DNA of 64,000 nt. Origin: Mizuhopecten yessoensis (taxonomy: Eukaryota). Numbering within the stretch: the first letter of the stretch is position 1; each line of letters starts with the position of its first letter. This document shows positions 11,317 to 22,469 of this stretch, one piece after another. The stretch covers positions 222,051 to 286,050 of the forward strand of contig NW_018404125.1 of assembly GCF_002113885.1 (NCBI RefSeq), read 5' to 3'. Both the position numbers and the translations under genes were made by a program. The notes below the pieces were generated by a model that saw only the letters and a program-made list of their open reading frames with translations, was not told where the DNA came from and searched no databases.

Positions 11317-12770
11317 TACTGAACAAAAAAAGAAACGCACAAAGTTCCCCCCTGCAGTACACCTTAGATGTAAGGAAATAATGGAATATTTGGTCAGGTA
11401 TTACATCAAGAACGTTCTCCCTTCTCAACAATCTACCCTAAAATCAGCCAAGCGTGATGATGTCATTGTGTGACTTTGTGAGCTTCTTTAGTCCAAATCA
11501 CGTGTCGTGATCAAGCAAAGCCAGAATTTTTCAAACAAATAAATGGATACTTTAAGTTCAGCCACATTAATTTTCCACATTGGCATTTTGATTTCGCCAT
11601 TGACTGAGATGCCACGCTTAAGGCAAATTCAGAGGGGTAGAGCAATTGCGATGTTGATGGATGGTCATAGCCAAACTGCTGTCGCACGGCAGTTTGGTGT
11701 TGGCCCGTGTACAATTAACCGTCTCTGTACACGTTTCCGTGCTACTGGGTTAGTTTCCGATCGTCCCAGGAGCGGTCGTCCGTGTGTAACGACCGCACAA
11801 CAAGACAGGGCGATTTGATTGTTGCACTTGTGCAACAGATTCAAGACTGCTGTAGAGACTGCGTCGCATACCTTAGGTACTCTTGGCAGACCCATTAGTC
11901 CTCAAACTGCCAGGAACCGCTTGCGTGCCGAGAGAATCAGTGCGCGCCGACCTTATGTCGGGCCACATCTGACACCACGGAGGCGGCAAGTGCGTCTTGA
12001 CTGGATGCACAGACATGGCCCGAATAGGTTTGGGATGCGTCGATGGAGGCGTGTGATGTTCACAGACGAGTTTAGATTCTGTCTGTATCGCTCAGACGGA
12101 AGAATAAGGGTATATCGCAGAAGCGGTGAGCGTTTCACCGACGCATGCGTGGTTGAACGCGATAGATTCGGTAGGGCTTCTGTAATGGTTTGGGGAGGCA
12201 TCTCCCAACAAGTAAAATCCCCCTTAGTGGTCCTGGATCAAAATCTCAATGCCGTTCGATACAGAGACCAGATCCTCCAACCACATGTGCTTCTGTCGTG
12301 ATTTTCTCATGGCAAACAACGTCCAGCCTCTGGAATGGCCCCCATATAGCCCTGACATGTCTCCCATTGAGCATCTGTGGGATGAGCTGGACAGGCGTAT
12401 TAGGAAACGTCAAAACCCCCCAACTAACCACGCCCAGTTGATCGCAGCATTAACACAAGAATGGAACAACATTCCCTTAAGGCGATTAAATGTTCTCATG
12501 AATTCAATGCATAGGAGAATCCATGCAGGGATTCGTGCAAAAGGTGCCCACACCAGATACTGAAGTTTCATTTTGTTTTTCGCGGGTATCCCACTTTGAG
12601 TAACTATAGCTACTGATGACACAAGTGACGTCACAAAGACTTTTCTTCTACAGTATTGTAAAGAGTAGACTTGTCCCTTCATATTGATATAAAATTTTGT
12701 ACAAATTTCCCAAAATATCATAGGCTATTGATTGCATAATTTAATTGTGCGTTTCTGTTTTTGTTCAGTT
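11317..12770 (+). mobile_element. Tc1/mariner (Tc1-like) DNA transposon, both ends intact, transposase disrupted
   Basis: TIRs tactgaacaaaaaaagaaacgcacaa / ttgtgcgtttctgtttttgttcagtt flanked by TA (11315-16, 12771-72). Confidence 0.95.
11609..12563 (+). pseudogene. Tc1-type transposase pseudogene
   Basis: MPRL..paired-like HTH, DRPRSGRP, VMFTDE, SVMVWGGI, WPPYSPDMSPIEHLWDEL..GAHTRY. Premature TGA at 11816-18; a frameshifting deletion near 12295 removes the second catalytic Asp (QxDNA) segment. Confidence 0.92.
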
Positions 12771-12799
12771 TATTTGAATAGAGCTGAGGAAATTAATTC

Positions 12800-13387
12800 A
12801 AAGGACTATTATGTATTGTTGGGGCGTGTTTCAAAATTCAAAACCTCTAAATGAACTTTCAAACGACTAGTTCTTTGATTTGAAATACTTTCCAAATACA
12901 ATCATGAAAATATTTATTTCTATTTATAATTATTTTCGCCATGGTAACATTCAAATTTTTCTAATTCATGCAAATTTGAAGGTATGTTCAATGAATATTG
13001 TGATATTTTGCATAGTTTTTCTCCTGGAAACTATAGAGTGCATGCTTGAACAAACTTTATATCAAAGGGTAATGTGAAGGCACCTATAATAGACCTCTAG
13101 GAGAAATATAAAATTTGTTTAAGAGTGTGCTCTATGGTAGCTAAGAGAAAAACTAGGTGAAAATCTGTCAAAATTGACTAAATCTTCAAATTTCATTAAT
13201 TTATGCAAATACTAACTGATTACCATGGCAGCAATAATTGAAAACATGAATAAATGTTTACATAATAGTACCGGGGAATTATTCAAAATTAAAGAAACAG
13301 TCATTTGAATGTTCTATCGAAGATTTTAATTTCGATGGATTTGGGGGCCAAAAAAGGCCAGAACTATATATACCAGGTAGTCCTTTA
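12800..13387. mobile_element. Non-autonomous inverted-repeat element (Kolobok-like ends, tentative)
   Basis: aaaggacta ... tagtccttt termini, with internal inverted motifs gccatggtaa/ttaccatggc and aaatttgaag/cttcaaattt. Confidence 0.45.
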
Positions 13388-13629
13388 GTACTTGTTTGAT
13401 TTTGCTTTATCCTCACAAAGGAAAACACTTGTTTAAAAAACCTCTTTAACAAATCATTATTACAGATGAAATATGAGCAGAGATTTATTTTCTAATGCAT
13501 ATAAATTATTTATTGTGAGAAATATTCCACACCTTATTTAGATGCAAAGAATTTAGTGCTTGATGCTAATGTTTAACATTATAAATGTCCTATTAAGATT
13601 GAAAATCTTAATCTTAACTATTATTTCAG

Positions 13630-13734
13630 TGTATTTCTCCTTCCCCAACCCTCAAGGACAATCATGGCAGTTATTGGGATGTATCTCTAACTCCAAGCCT
13701 AGTGCCATTTTCAAAATTACAAAGTTAAAACAAG
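13630..13734 (+). CDS. HIKESHI: HIKESHI exon 3 ([35 protein letters not shown])
   Basis: Acceptor ttatttcag| and donor caag|gtaaga; 105 nt, phase 1-1; conserved WQLLG...N.KPSAIFK motif. Confidence 0.96.
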
Positions 13735-15962
13735 GTAAGACACTGTGGGGTCTATAGCTAAAACAAGGTAAGACACTGTTGGGTCTATAGTCAAAACAAG
13801 GTAAGACACTGTGGGGTCTATAGTCAAAACAAGGTAAGACACTGTCGGGTCTATAGTTAAAACAAGGTAAGACACTGAAGGGTCTATAGTTAAAACAAGG
13901 TAAGACATTGTGGGGTCTATAGTTAAAACAAGGTAAGGCACTGTGGGGTCTATAGTGTTTCTATATGTATTCACATAACTTGTCTTCTCCCAACCCTCAA
14001 GGACAATCATGGCAGTTATTGGGATGTATCTCTAACTCCAAGCCTAGTGCCATTTTCAAAATTACAAAGTTAAAACAAGGTAAGACACGGTGGGTTCTAT
14101 AGTTAAAACAAGATAAGACACTGTGGGGTCTATAGTTAAAACAAGATAAGACATTGTGGGGTCTATAGTTAAAACAAGGTAAGGCACTGTGGGGTCTATA
14201 GTGTTTCTATATGTATTCACATAACTTGTCTTCTCCCAACCCTCAAGGACAATCATGGCAGTTATTGGGATGTATCTCTAACTCCAAGCCTAGTTCCATT
14301 TTCAAAATTACAAAGTTAAAACAAGGTAAGACACGGTGGGTTCTATAGTTAAAACAAGATAAGACACTGTGGGGTCTATAGTTAAAACAAGGAAAGACAC
14401 TGCAGGGTCTATAGTTAAAACAAGGTAAGACACTGAAGGGTCTATAGTTAAAACAAGGTAAGACACTGGGGGGTCTATAGTTAAAACAAGGTAAGACACT
14501 GCAGGGTCTATAGTAAAAACAAGGTAAGACACTGCAGGGTCTATAGTTAAAACAAGGTAAGACACTGAAGGGTCTATAGTTAAAACAAGGTAAGACATTG
14601 TGGGGTCTATAGTTAAAACAAGGTAAGACACTGGAGGGTCTATAGTTAAAACAAGGTAAGACACTGAAGGGTCTATAGTTAAAACAAGGTAAGACATTGT
14701 GGGGTCTATAGTTAAAACAAGGTAAGGCACTGTGGGGTCTATAGTGTTTCTATATGTATTCACATAACTTGTCTTCTCCCAACCCTCAAGGACAATCATG
14801 GCAGTTATTGGGATGTATCTCTAACTCCAAGCCTAGTTCCATTTTCAAAATTACAAAGTTAAAACAAGGTAAGACACTGTGGGGTCTATGGTTAAAACAA
14901 GGTAAGACACTGTGAGGTCTATAGTTAAAACAAAGTAAGACACTGTTGGGTCTATAGTTAAAACAAGGAAAGACACTGCAGGGTCTATAGTTAAAACAAG
15001 GGAAGACACTGCAGGGTCTATAGTTAAAACAAGGGAAGACACTGTGGGGTCTATAGTTAAAACAAGGTGAGACACTGCAGGGTCTATAGTTAAAACAAGG
15101 TAAGACATTGTGGGGTCTATAGTTAAAACAAGGTAAGGCACTGTGGGGTCTATAGTGTTTCTATATGTATTCACATAACTTGTCTTCTCCCAACCCTCAA
15201 GGACAATCATGGCAGTTATTGGGATGTATCTCTAACTCCAAGCCTAGTTCCATTTTCAAAATTACAAAGTTAAAACAAGGTAAGACACTGTGGGTTCTAT
15301 AGTTAAAACAAGATAAGACACTGTGAGGTCTATAGTTAAAACAAAGTAAGACACTGTTGGGTCTATAGTTAAAACTAGGTAAGACACTGTGGGGTCTATA
15401 GTTAAAACAAGGTGAGACACTGCAGGGTCTATAGTTAAAACAAGGAAAGACACTGTGGGGTCTATAGTTAAAACAAGGTGAGACACTGCAGGGTCTATAG
15501 TTAAAACAAGGTAAGACACTGGGGGGTCTATAGTTAAAACAAGGTAAGACACTGAAGGGTCTATAGTTAAAACAAGGTAAGACACTGGGGGGTCTATAGT
15601 TAAAACAAGGTAAGACACTGAAGGGTCTATAGTTAAAACAAGGTAAGACACTGCAGGGTCTATAGTAAAAACAAGGTAAGACGCTGCAGGGTCTATAGTT
15701 AAAACAAGGTAAGACACTGAAGGGTCTATAGTTAAAACAAGGTAAGACACTGGAGGGTCTATAGTTAAAACAAGGTAAGACATTGTGGGGTCTATAGTTA
15801 AAACAAGGTAAGATACTGTGGGGCCTATAGTTAAAACAAGGTAAGACACTGCAGGGTCTATAGTAAAAACAAGGTAAGACACTGCAGGGTCTATAGTTAA
15901 AACAAGGTAAGACACTGTGGGGTCTATAGTGTTTCTATATGTATTCACATAACTTGTCTTCT
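13644..15962 (+). repeat. Two-level array: 53 copies of a 33-bp splice-donor unit nested in 5 macro-units, each beginning with 91 nt of exon 3
   Basis: Unit gttaaaacaag|gtaagacactgtggggtctata. Macro-units start at 13644, 13989, 14235, 14778, 15189 with 7, 4, 13, 9, 20 units (length 114+33n fits each). Confidence 0.95.
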
Positions 15963-16482
15963 GTTACCATCTATATTCAATGATAGACATGTTGTTTTAT
16001 AAATAGAAAATTTAAATTACAGGTGAGTCATATGATTTAATATTCATGGTAACCTTAATATATTGGTGATGTAATTATCATATGCGTTTGTTAAAATTTT
16101 AGACAAAATCATTAGAATATATATATATATCTAAGTCAGTACTAATTAATTAATTACATGTTTTTCACTGATATTGAATATAACATATATATTTTTCACA
16201 AGCAACAATGATTTCCTAACTGCTCACATAAGCCATTGAAATTCTTGTTTCTAATCCAACATTGATGTTGATTATATATAACCCAGTGTAGGGTAGTACA
16301 TATATATATACATATCCTAAAATAAGTCTTAGAATTTGTAGTGATGAGAAGGAAAACATAAATTGTGGGTGATAGATGTCTCCCCCACCCCCACAACCTA
16401 CCCCAACCCCAATCCCAGTATATCTCTAGGGAAAACTGAAAAAAGTATGTTCTCCATTAAATCAGTAAAGAAAGGTATTAAC

Positions 16483-16776
16483 AGGCCTTAAGTAAAATAT
16501 TGCTTGTTTCCCCTTCACCTACATGCCTTCCAAAATATCCCTAACCTGAAATATTTTATTGATATATTATTTTTTTATAAATATTTTTGTTAATTGTTTA
16601 AAACAAAAAAGGATTGTACTCGTACTTCTGGTATATTCTGTTTGAATTTTAAGTTACCACTTATAGTATAAATAAAAACAAAATTGAAAAATATGATAAT
16701 TTCCCTGCCTACCCTACCCCTGATTTTATGATGTGGGTCGGTAATGGAGAAACAAACAATAATTTAATGTAGGCCT
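16483..16776. mobile_element. MITE-like element
   Basis: aggccttaagtaaaatattgcttgtttc versus reverse complement of right end aggcctacattaaattattgtttgtttc. Confidence 0.55.
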
Positions 16777-16971
16777 CATAATTTAAAATTTTGCTTATGG
16801 TTTTGAGGAAGGGAGGAGTTCGGATATGTCTATAGTTAATATGTGATGAAAATTGCTTGTTAGATTTACTAACACAGGAATGAAGAAAGTGTACTGTAGA
16901 AACCAACATCACAGACGGACAACTAAGCAACTTAGTTAACCAATAATGTCATTAACCTTTGTTAATTACAG

Positions 16972-17300
16972 AGGATGGGAGTGTTGTTGCTCACCCGTTT
17001 GGTCAGGGTGGTGGTCCGCAGGCACATATGGCCCAGATAGGGATATCAGTGGAACCCCTCTCACAACTCAGTCAGCTAACTCCAGTCGCCCAAGCCAAAC
17101 CATCCAGTGTGGAACCGTTTGTAGAATTTTCACAGAAAATGTTGGAGAATTTCTTCAACTATGCCAGTTCTTTTGGACTCATGCAAGCACAAATGACACC
17201 AAACCCTTCAGAAACCTATGTGCCACTTAGTACACTGCAATCATGGTTTCAAACATTTCAGAGACGTTTACAACAAAACCCATATTTTTGGAGGTCATGA
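16972..17300 (+). CDS. HIKESHI: HIKESHI exon 4 (last coding exon); spliced CDS 594 nt = 197 aa
   Basis: Acceptor ttaattacag|; HPFG..AQIGISVE..FSQKMLENFFNYASSF..QMTPNPSETYVP..WFQTFQRRLQQNPYFWRS*; AATAAA at 17357-17362. Confidence 0.96.
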
Positions 17301-17979
17301 ATGCTATATTTACATACTATTTTTTATTTCTATTTTCTTTGTGGTTAAAATATTGCAATAAATCAGCTTAAGTCAAACTCAGATGTATCAAATACCCTTC
17401 CTAATTTGGGAATTACTTTTGTTACAAATGAATTATCCTTGACCTACTTTCAAGTTAACAGGGGTTAGTTATTATTTTCAGATGACTTTTTCTAAAGATT
17501 GATTACATCTGTAGTTCTGATATTTTGCCTGTATTATTGTGTTCTGAGGATTGACATTAACTGAGGTTTAGGTCCATAGGAGTCATTTGTCTGGTTAAAC
17601 TCTTTCACTAAATTCTTCTGAATTTCAAATATTCCTTAGGTTATAATATTTTGCCTATAGCCTGCTTGAGTGAAGGTTTATCAAGTTTGTTCAAATTAAA
17701 TATTTTTACCAACTTTCAGAGTCAAAAGGGTAAAATGATTGAAAATCTTCAAATGACTTCTTCTAAAGATTCAAATGATAAAGATAAATGATGTTTGGCT
17801 TTTGGCTTGCTGGGTTGAAGGACTATCATTTTCTTATAGAGATCCACAAAGTGAAGTGTAATATCTAACCTATAGTGTTAGCTTGCTTGCTATCAAGTTT
17901 GTTTTAAAACAAATCAGACCTTTCTGTCTTCGAAGGTCACAGATGTGATATATGTTTTCCAATAGCTATTTGCCAACAC

Positions 17980-18197
17980 GTGAGGTTTGGTTTGTTAGTG
18001 CATTATTTCCTACATCAGGCTACATGTATTAACAGCTATGGTCATCTAAGGACGAACCAGGTTTTTCACAAAAAAAAACCCCACCAACCTGCAGCCAGTA
18101 TTTGGCGACTGCCCCACCTCAAATCCAGGACCCAGCGGTGGCGGGCTAGTGACCGGAGTGCCAACTAGTGAGCGATACAAGCCAAGTTGGCCACAGT
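17980..18197 (-). mobile_element. Degenerate SINE sharing the 3' tail of the 5695-5908 SINE
   Basis: ttaacagctatggtcatctaaggac is the reverse complement of the gtcctta.atgacc.tagctgttaa tail; GC-richer head at the other end. Confidence 0.5.
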
Positions 18198-18731
18198 TCT
18201 CTTGTTATCTGAACTGAAGGTCAGAATGAGCTACAGCCATTGTGCTTTGTCCATCTGGCATGCACTGTTCATGAATTTTTCACATTTTAAAATTCAGAAA
18301 TTCCACTAGATATGAGATATATTTGATACTTGCCATGAATGATCATGAGATGATGCACAGATCAAGTGTTATGTTTTTTTCAAGTTGGTCCAAAATTCTA
18401 GATGAACAACATGGCAGACTTTCTTAAACACACATTTTGATGTTTTCTAGTTCTGCTCAAGTGATTTAGATGAAAACTTACAGGAATGACCAAAACTGAT
18501 AGCCCACAAAGTGTTGCGTTATTTTTCTGGTTGATTAAAATGTCCATCATGGTAGCTATGGGATAATCCTAAAATATGTTTTTGTGCAATCATTAGTTAA
18601 AATTGTTTTATCATTTTTTTTTATATTTTAAACTTCTATAACAAGGCTTTACATGAAACTAATCGGCAGTTAGTTTCGGTTCAGTACACAATGCACCTGT
18701 ATGACACGTAAACTGTAGACAGATTCATGCA

Positions 18732-19030
18732 GCACAACCAGTCAAGTGTTCATTTGTGACGTCTCGATGACAAGTAAAGTACGTGATTTGTCACCTTCAT
18801 CAGACAAATGATCAGTGAAGCAATATGAAATTGACGTTGATTCAGCTATGCCATAAGTGTGTGTACACTTAGCTGTTATACATGTGTGAAATGACATATC
18901 AAACAGACTAATTGATTTCGCTATTTGTTTAATACCTGTTCATAAATGTGTCTATGACAATTAATTGGTTGTCTTCGTGAACTTTTCTACAGTTCATACT
19001 TACCAACCTGAAGAAAATGTTAAGAAACAT
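18732..19030 (-). mobile_element. Second Penelope-like pseudo-LTR remnant
   Basis: Shares tgtcaccttcatcagacaaatga.cagtgaagc and catacttaccaacctgaagaaaatgtt with the 10171-11213 element. Confidence 0.8.
18750..18811 (-). ncRNA. Minimal type-I hammerhead ribozyme motif, one core substitution (GAGA for GAAA)
   Basis: Minus strand: tcatttgt CTGATGA a ggtgacaa..ttgtcatc GAgA cg TC acaaatga; perfect 8-bp stem I and 8-bp stem II. Confidence 0.75.
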
Positions 19031-19816
19031 GATGGGTGCAATTGTTTAGATAATCCCTGTAATAGACTATAAATAGATATCTGGATCAGACACTCACTGG
19101 CTAGAACCTCTGTGATGCGCTCTGGCCTGTCATCACCATGGCACATGTATAACTATCTTTGGCTGTCTATATTGACTGCTATCACATTCAAATTGTGTAT
19201 CAAGATTGGTATTCAGGGGGACACAAATACTATTTTTGATGAAGCAAAATGTATCATTGGATACTTTTTTGATGGTGTATTCAAATAGCACAGGACAGCA
19301 AAATGATTTTGTGGCCATGTTGGCAAAACAGGTTTTAGATTTGTTTTTGCAATTTATTTGTGAGGATTTAATGGGAAGACCTACTTTCAGAGATCTCTAC
19401 AGAGTTATCAAGGGTTTGTGCTTATTTGCTTTTGGAAATTATTGAATTCTTGTTGATTTGTTCCTTGGTAAGCTTCAGCATTATACCTTTTATAGAACTG
19501 ATTTATTATTTCTTTCAATCTTGAATATTTGTGCTGGGTACAATACAAATTAATCCACTGATTAGCTATTATTTACACAGAAGTGTTGTAGATAAAATTG
19601 TGTTCATTTAAATGTTTTTGAAATAAACACCTATGATGATTAATAAATAATATATGCAATTTCAGACTGTGAATGTATTGTTTGTTTGATGTGTAAGTTA
19701 CATGCATTCTTATATTAGTTGTTGTAGAAATGAAGCAGTTTTTATTGGAATAAAACAAACCTTCAAGGAATAGATTTTTTTGGTCAATGTAAGGGATTTA
19801 TAAACATTATTAGGGG

Positions 19817-20205
19817 AAACCTTGTAAAGTAGATGTCCCAGCTTAGCACGAAAACCTTGTAAAGTAGAGGTCCCAGCTTAGCATGAAACCCTTGTAAAGT
19901 AGATGTCCCAGCTTAGCTCGATGTCCCAGCTTAGCACGAAAACCTTGTAAATTAGATGTCCCAGCTTAGCATGAAACCCTTGTAAAGTAAATGTCCCAGC
20001 TTAGCACGAAAACCTTGTAAAGTAGATGTCCCAGCTTAGCACGAAAATCTTGTAAAGTAGATGTCCCAGCTTAGCTAGATGTCCCAGCTTAGCACGAAAA
20101 CCTTGTAAAGTAGATGTCCCAGCTTAGCATGAAACCCTTGTAAAGTAGATGTCCCAGCTTAGCACGAAACCCTTGTAAAGTAGATGTCCCAGCTTAGCAC
20201 AAAAT
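19817..20205. repeat. 35-bp minisatellite, ~11 copies with two shortened units
   Basis: Unit aaaccttgtaaagtagatgtcccagcttagcacga. Confidence 0.95.
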
Positions 20206-22469
20206 CCTTCAGTCACTCTGTTTTCAACATTCCAATCAAAATGACTTCTTCTTTTATCAAGATACATCCTAGAGTCATGAATTTGGCTTGTAACCGTTTA
20301 GAATTACAAACGAATTAATCTTACTCACTTTTAATGTCACAACGGTGAAGTTTGTTAAAGTCTTGTCCTACGGAACCATAAGATCTCAGTCGTTTTCTTT
20401 CTAGCTTGCTAGAGTGAAAGGATTTTTTTTTTTGTATCAAGTTTTTTCAAATGAATGACATTGGCCTTTTTTAAGGACCACAAGAGTCAATTGTCAACAT
20501 TTGCCACACAACCATGATGAATATCAACATTAAATTATCTTACAATTCTGTATCTAATTAAGATGAGAATCTGTCGAGCATGTTCAAATACTTTGACCTA
20601 CTTTTCAATTAGCAGGGGTCCTGTTAAAAAAGCAACATAGAGTGGTTTCTTCAAAAGTGGTTTGCTCCCAAAAGGAATCGGTCATATTTGTTGAAATACA
20701 AATTGAAAATCCACGTTTAAGTTAACAAGAGCTCAAAAGTTTAGAATCATGATATGGTCTGTAGCCTCCTGAGATATACCCACGTTCAAGGTCACATTTG
20801 TAAAATGTGTTAAACACAAGAAATTAAAAACGTGATAATTTAGGGCACTTAAACTTGTACTTCCAAGACCAGACAACAACTTTGTACTGTTCTCGCCATT
20901 GCTGTCTTAGTTATCCCTAGTCAAATATATTTTTCAACGGCATTTTTGCCATCTCATCTTTACGATTCATTAACAAATAAATGAGATCCTTAAATCCTAA
21001 AATTATGATTTTTTTTCCAACGGGAGGTTTACTGCCAAGAGGGAACGAAACGAACTTCATTTTAGCTGAGAGCTATTATAGATATAGGCTGTCGCTAATA
21101 CCACCCGAATGTTAACAGCCACTCTGATTACTATAAATGGTTGTACCTATATTTCAGGTCAGTTTTCATTATGTTCATATCGTTGTGTTTCGTTATATTT
21201 GACGAAATAAAATATGTGAAAAACTTGGTTTAAAATGGCAAAAATGCTAATAAAATAATCGATCTGCTGATCTCGAATTGTTTCTGAAATAGAGATACAT
21301 TATCGCTGGTTGCATTCAATTTATATTAATTCATGACTACGCGCTAGAAAGGTAATCGCTAGGTATGTGCAAGAGATTCACTGGAAGTAACTAAAAAAGG
21401 AAGAAGAATAAAAATAAATACATGACGGCAAATTTTAAGACAGTCGCCTCTCACGAGTTGCAATTAGTGTATCTGAAAGTGTTTCCAAACGTTGTCGAGA
21501 ATAGCCCCTGCATTCTATAGGAGTTCTTCAGGAAAAAATACTAAGTAAATAGGCAGGAATTACATCTACCTGACATGGTTAACACACACTATGCCTACAA
21601 TACACAAGACAAGACATCTTGTGACCAATAACATTCAAACACGGTGTTCCAATATGTTGCCTGACGATAAAAGGATAGATGAATGAAAGCTTATGATAAA
21701 TCGAACTTACCTGGCAAAGCTTAACTGAAATCTGGATGATTAAGGAATAAATTGTGTTACCAACATTACACAATTGTTGACCTTCATTATACTAAAAATA
21801 ATAATAACAAGTTCTAATTGTAATGGTCCCCCAAACTGCCCCTATAGTCGCAAAGATGTGAAAAATACACCTACATAACAAATTTGAGCAAAATCGATCA
21901 ATATTTAATTTCGACCATTCAGAGGCCGTGGCGGCCATCGCGGATGCGCAGCTGCGAAAAACGTGTCTTGCACATCTAGGCAGACACCCCAATACTCATG
22001 TGAAGTTTCATTGGAATCTAACAAAAAGTTTCTGAGAAAACGCGCGGACAAAATGTTAAGGTAAATGGTACACTCACAATACCTGAAATAGGAAACCATA
22101 CACAGAAACTTAAAATCGCTATTTAGCGAAATATTTAAAGTTCGAAAAGCGCTAAAATTAGAATACCATTAAAATATGTAAATTATAATATATTTTATAT
22201 CCGATATAGGTATCGGCCACCAAGTCTGTAAACTAAACAAGGGGGATAATGGGTACAAGTTGTAAGATGGACCACAGCGATTTCACGGATTGGAAGAATG
22301 CACAGTGTTTGATGATGGGTAATTCTTACGTGTGTCACAGAATAGCGATCGGTATCTTTTATTCTAAGGTCTATGGTAAATGTGCGATGAAATGATTTAT
22401 ATTTTTATAAATGTTTTTATGGATGCTCGACCGTGGTCGGAACTTTCTTTCATGGTTAATTAATCGATT

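Noticed and set aside
13717-15948. Minus-strand ORFs with ([11 protein letters not shown])n repeats
   Set aside because: Antisense shadow of the 33-bp donor array; open only because the unit is a multiple of 3 and lacks stops in that frame.
17430-22200. Scattered fragments resembling common molluscan non-autonomous repeats (17430-17950, 18200-18600, 20240-20800, 21800-22180)
   Set aside because: Too decayed to delimit or classify without a repeat library.
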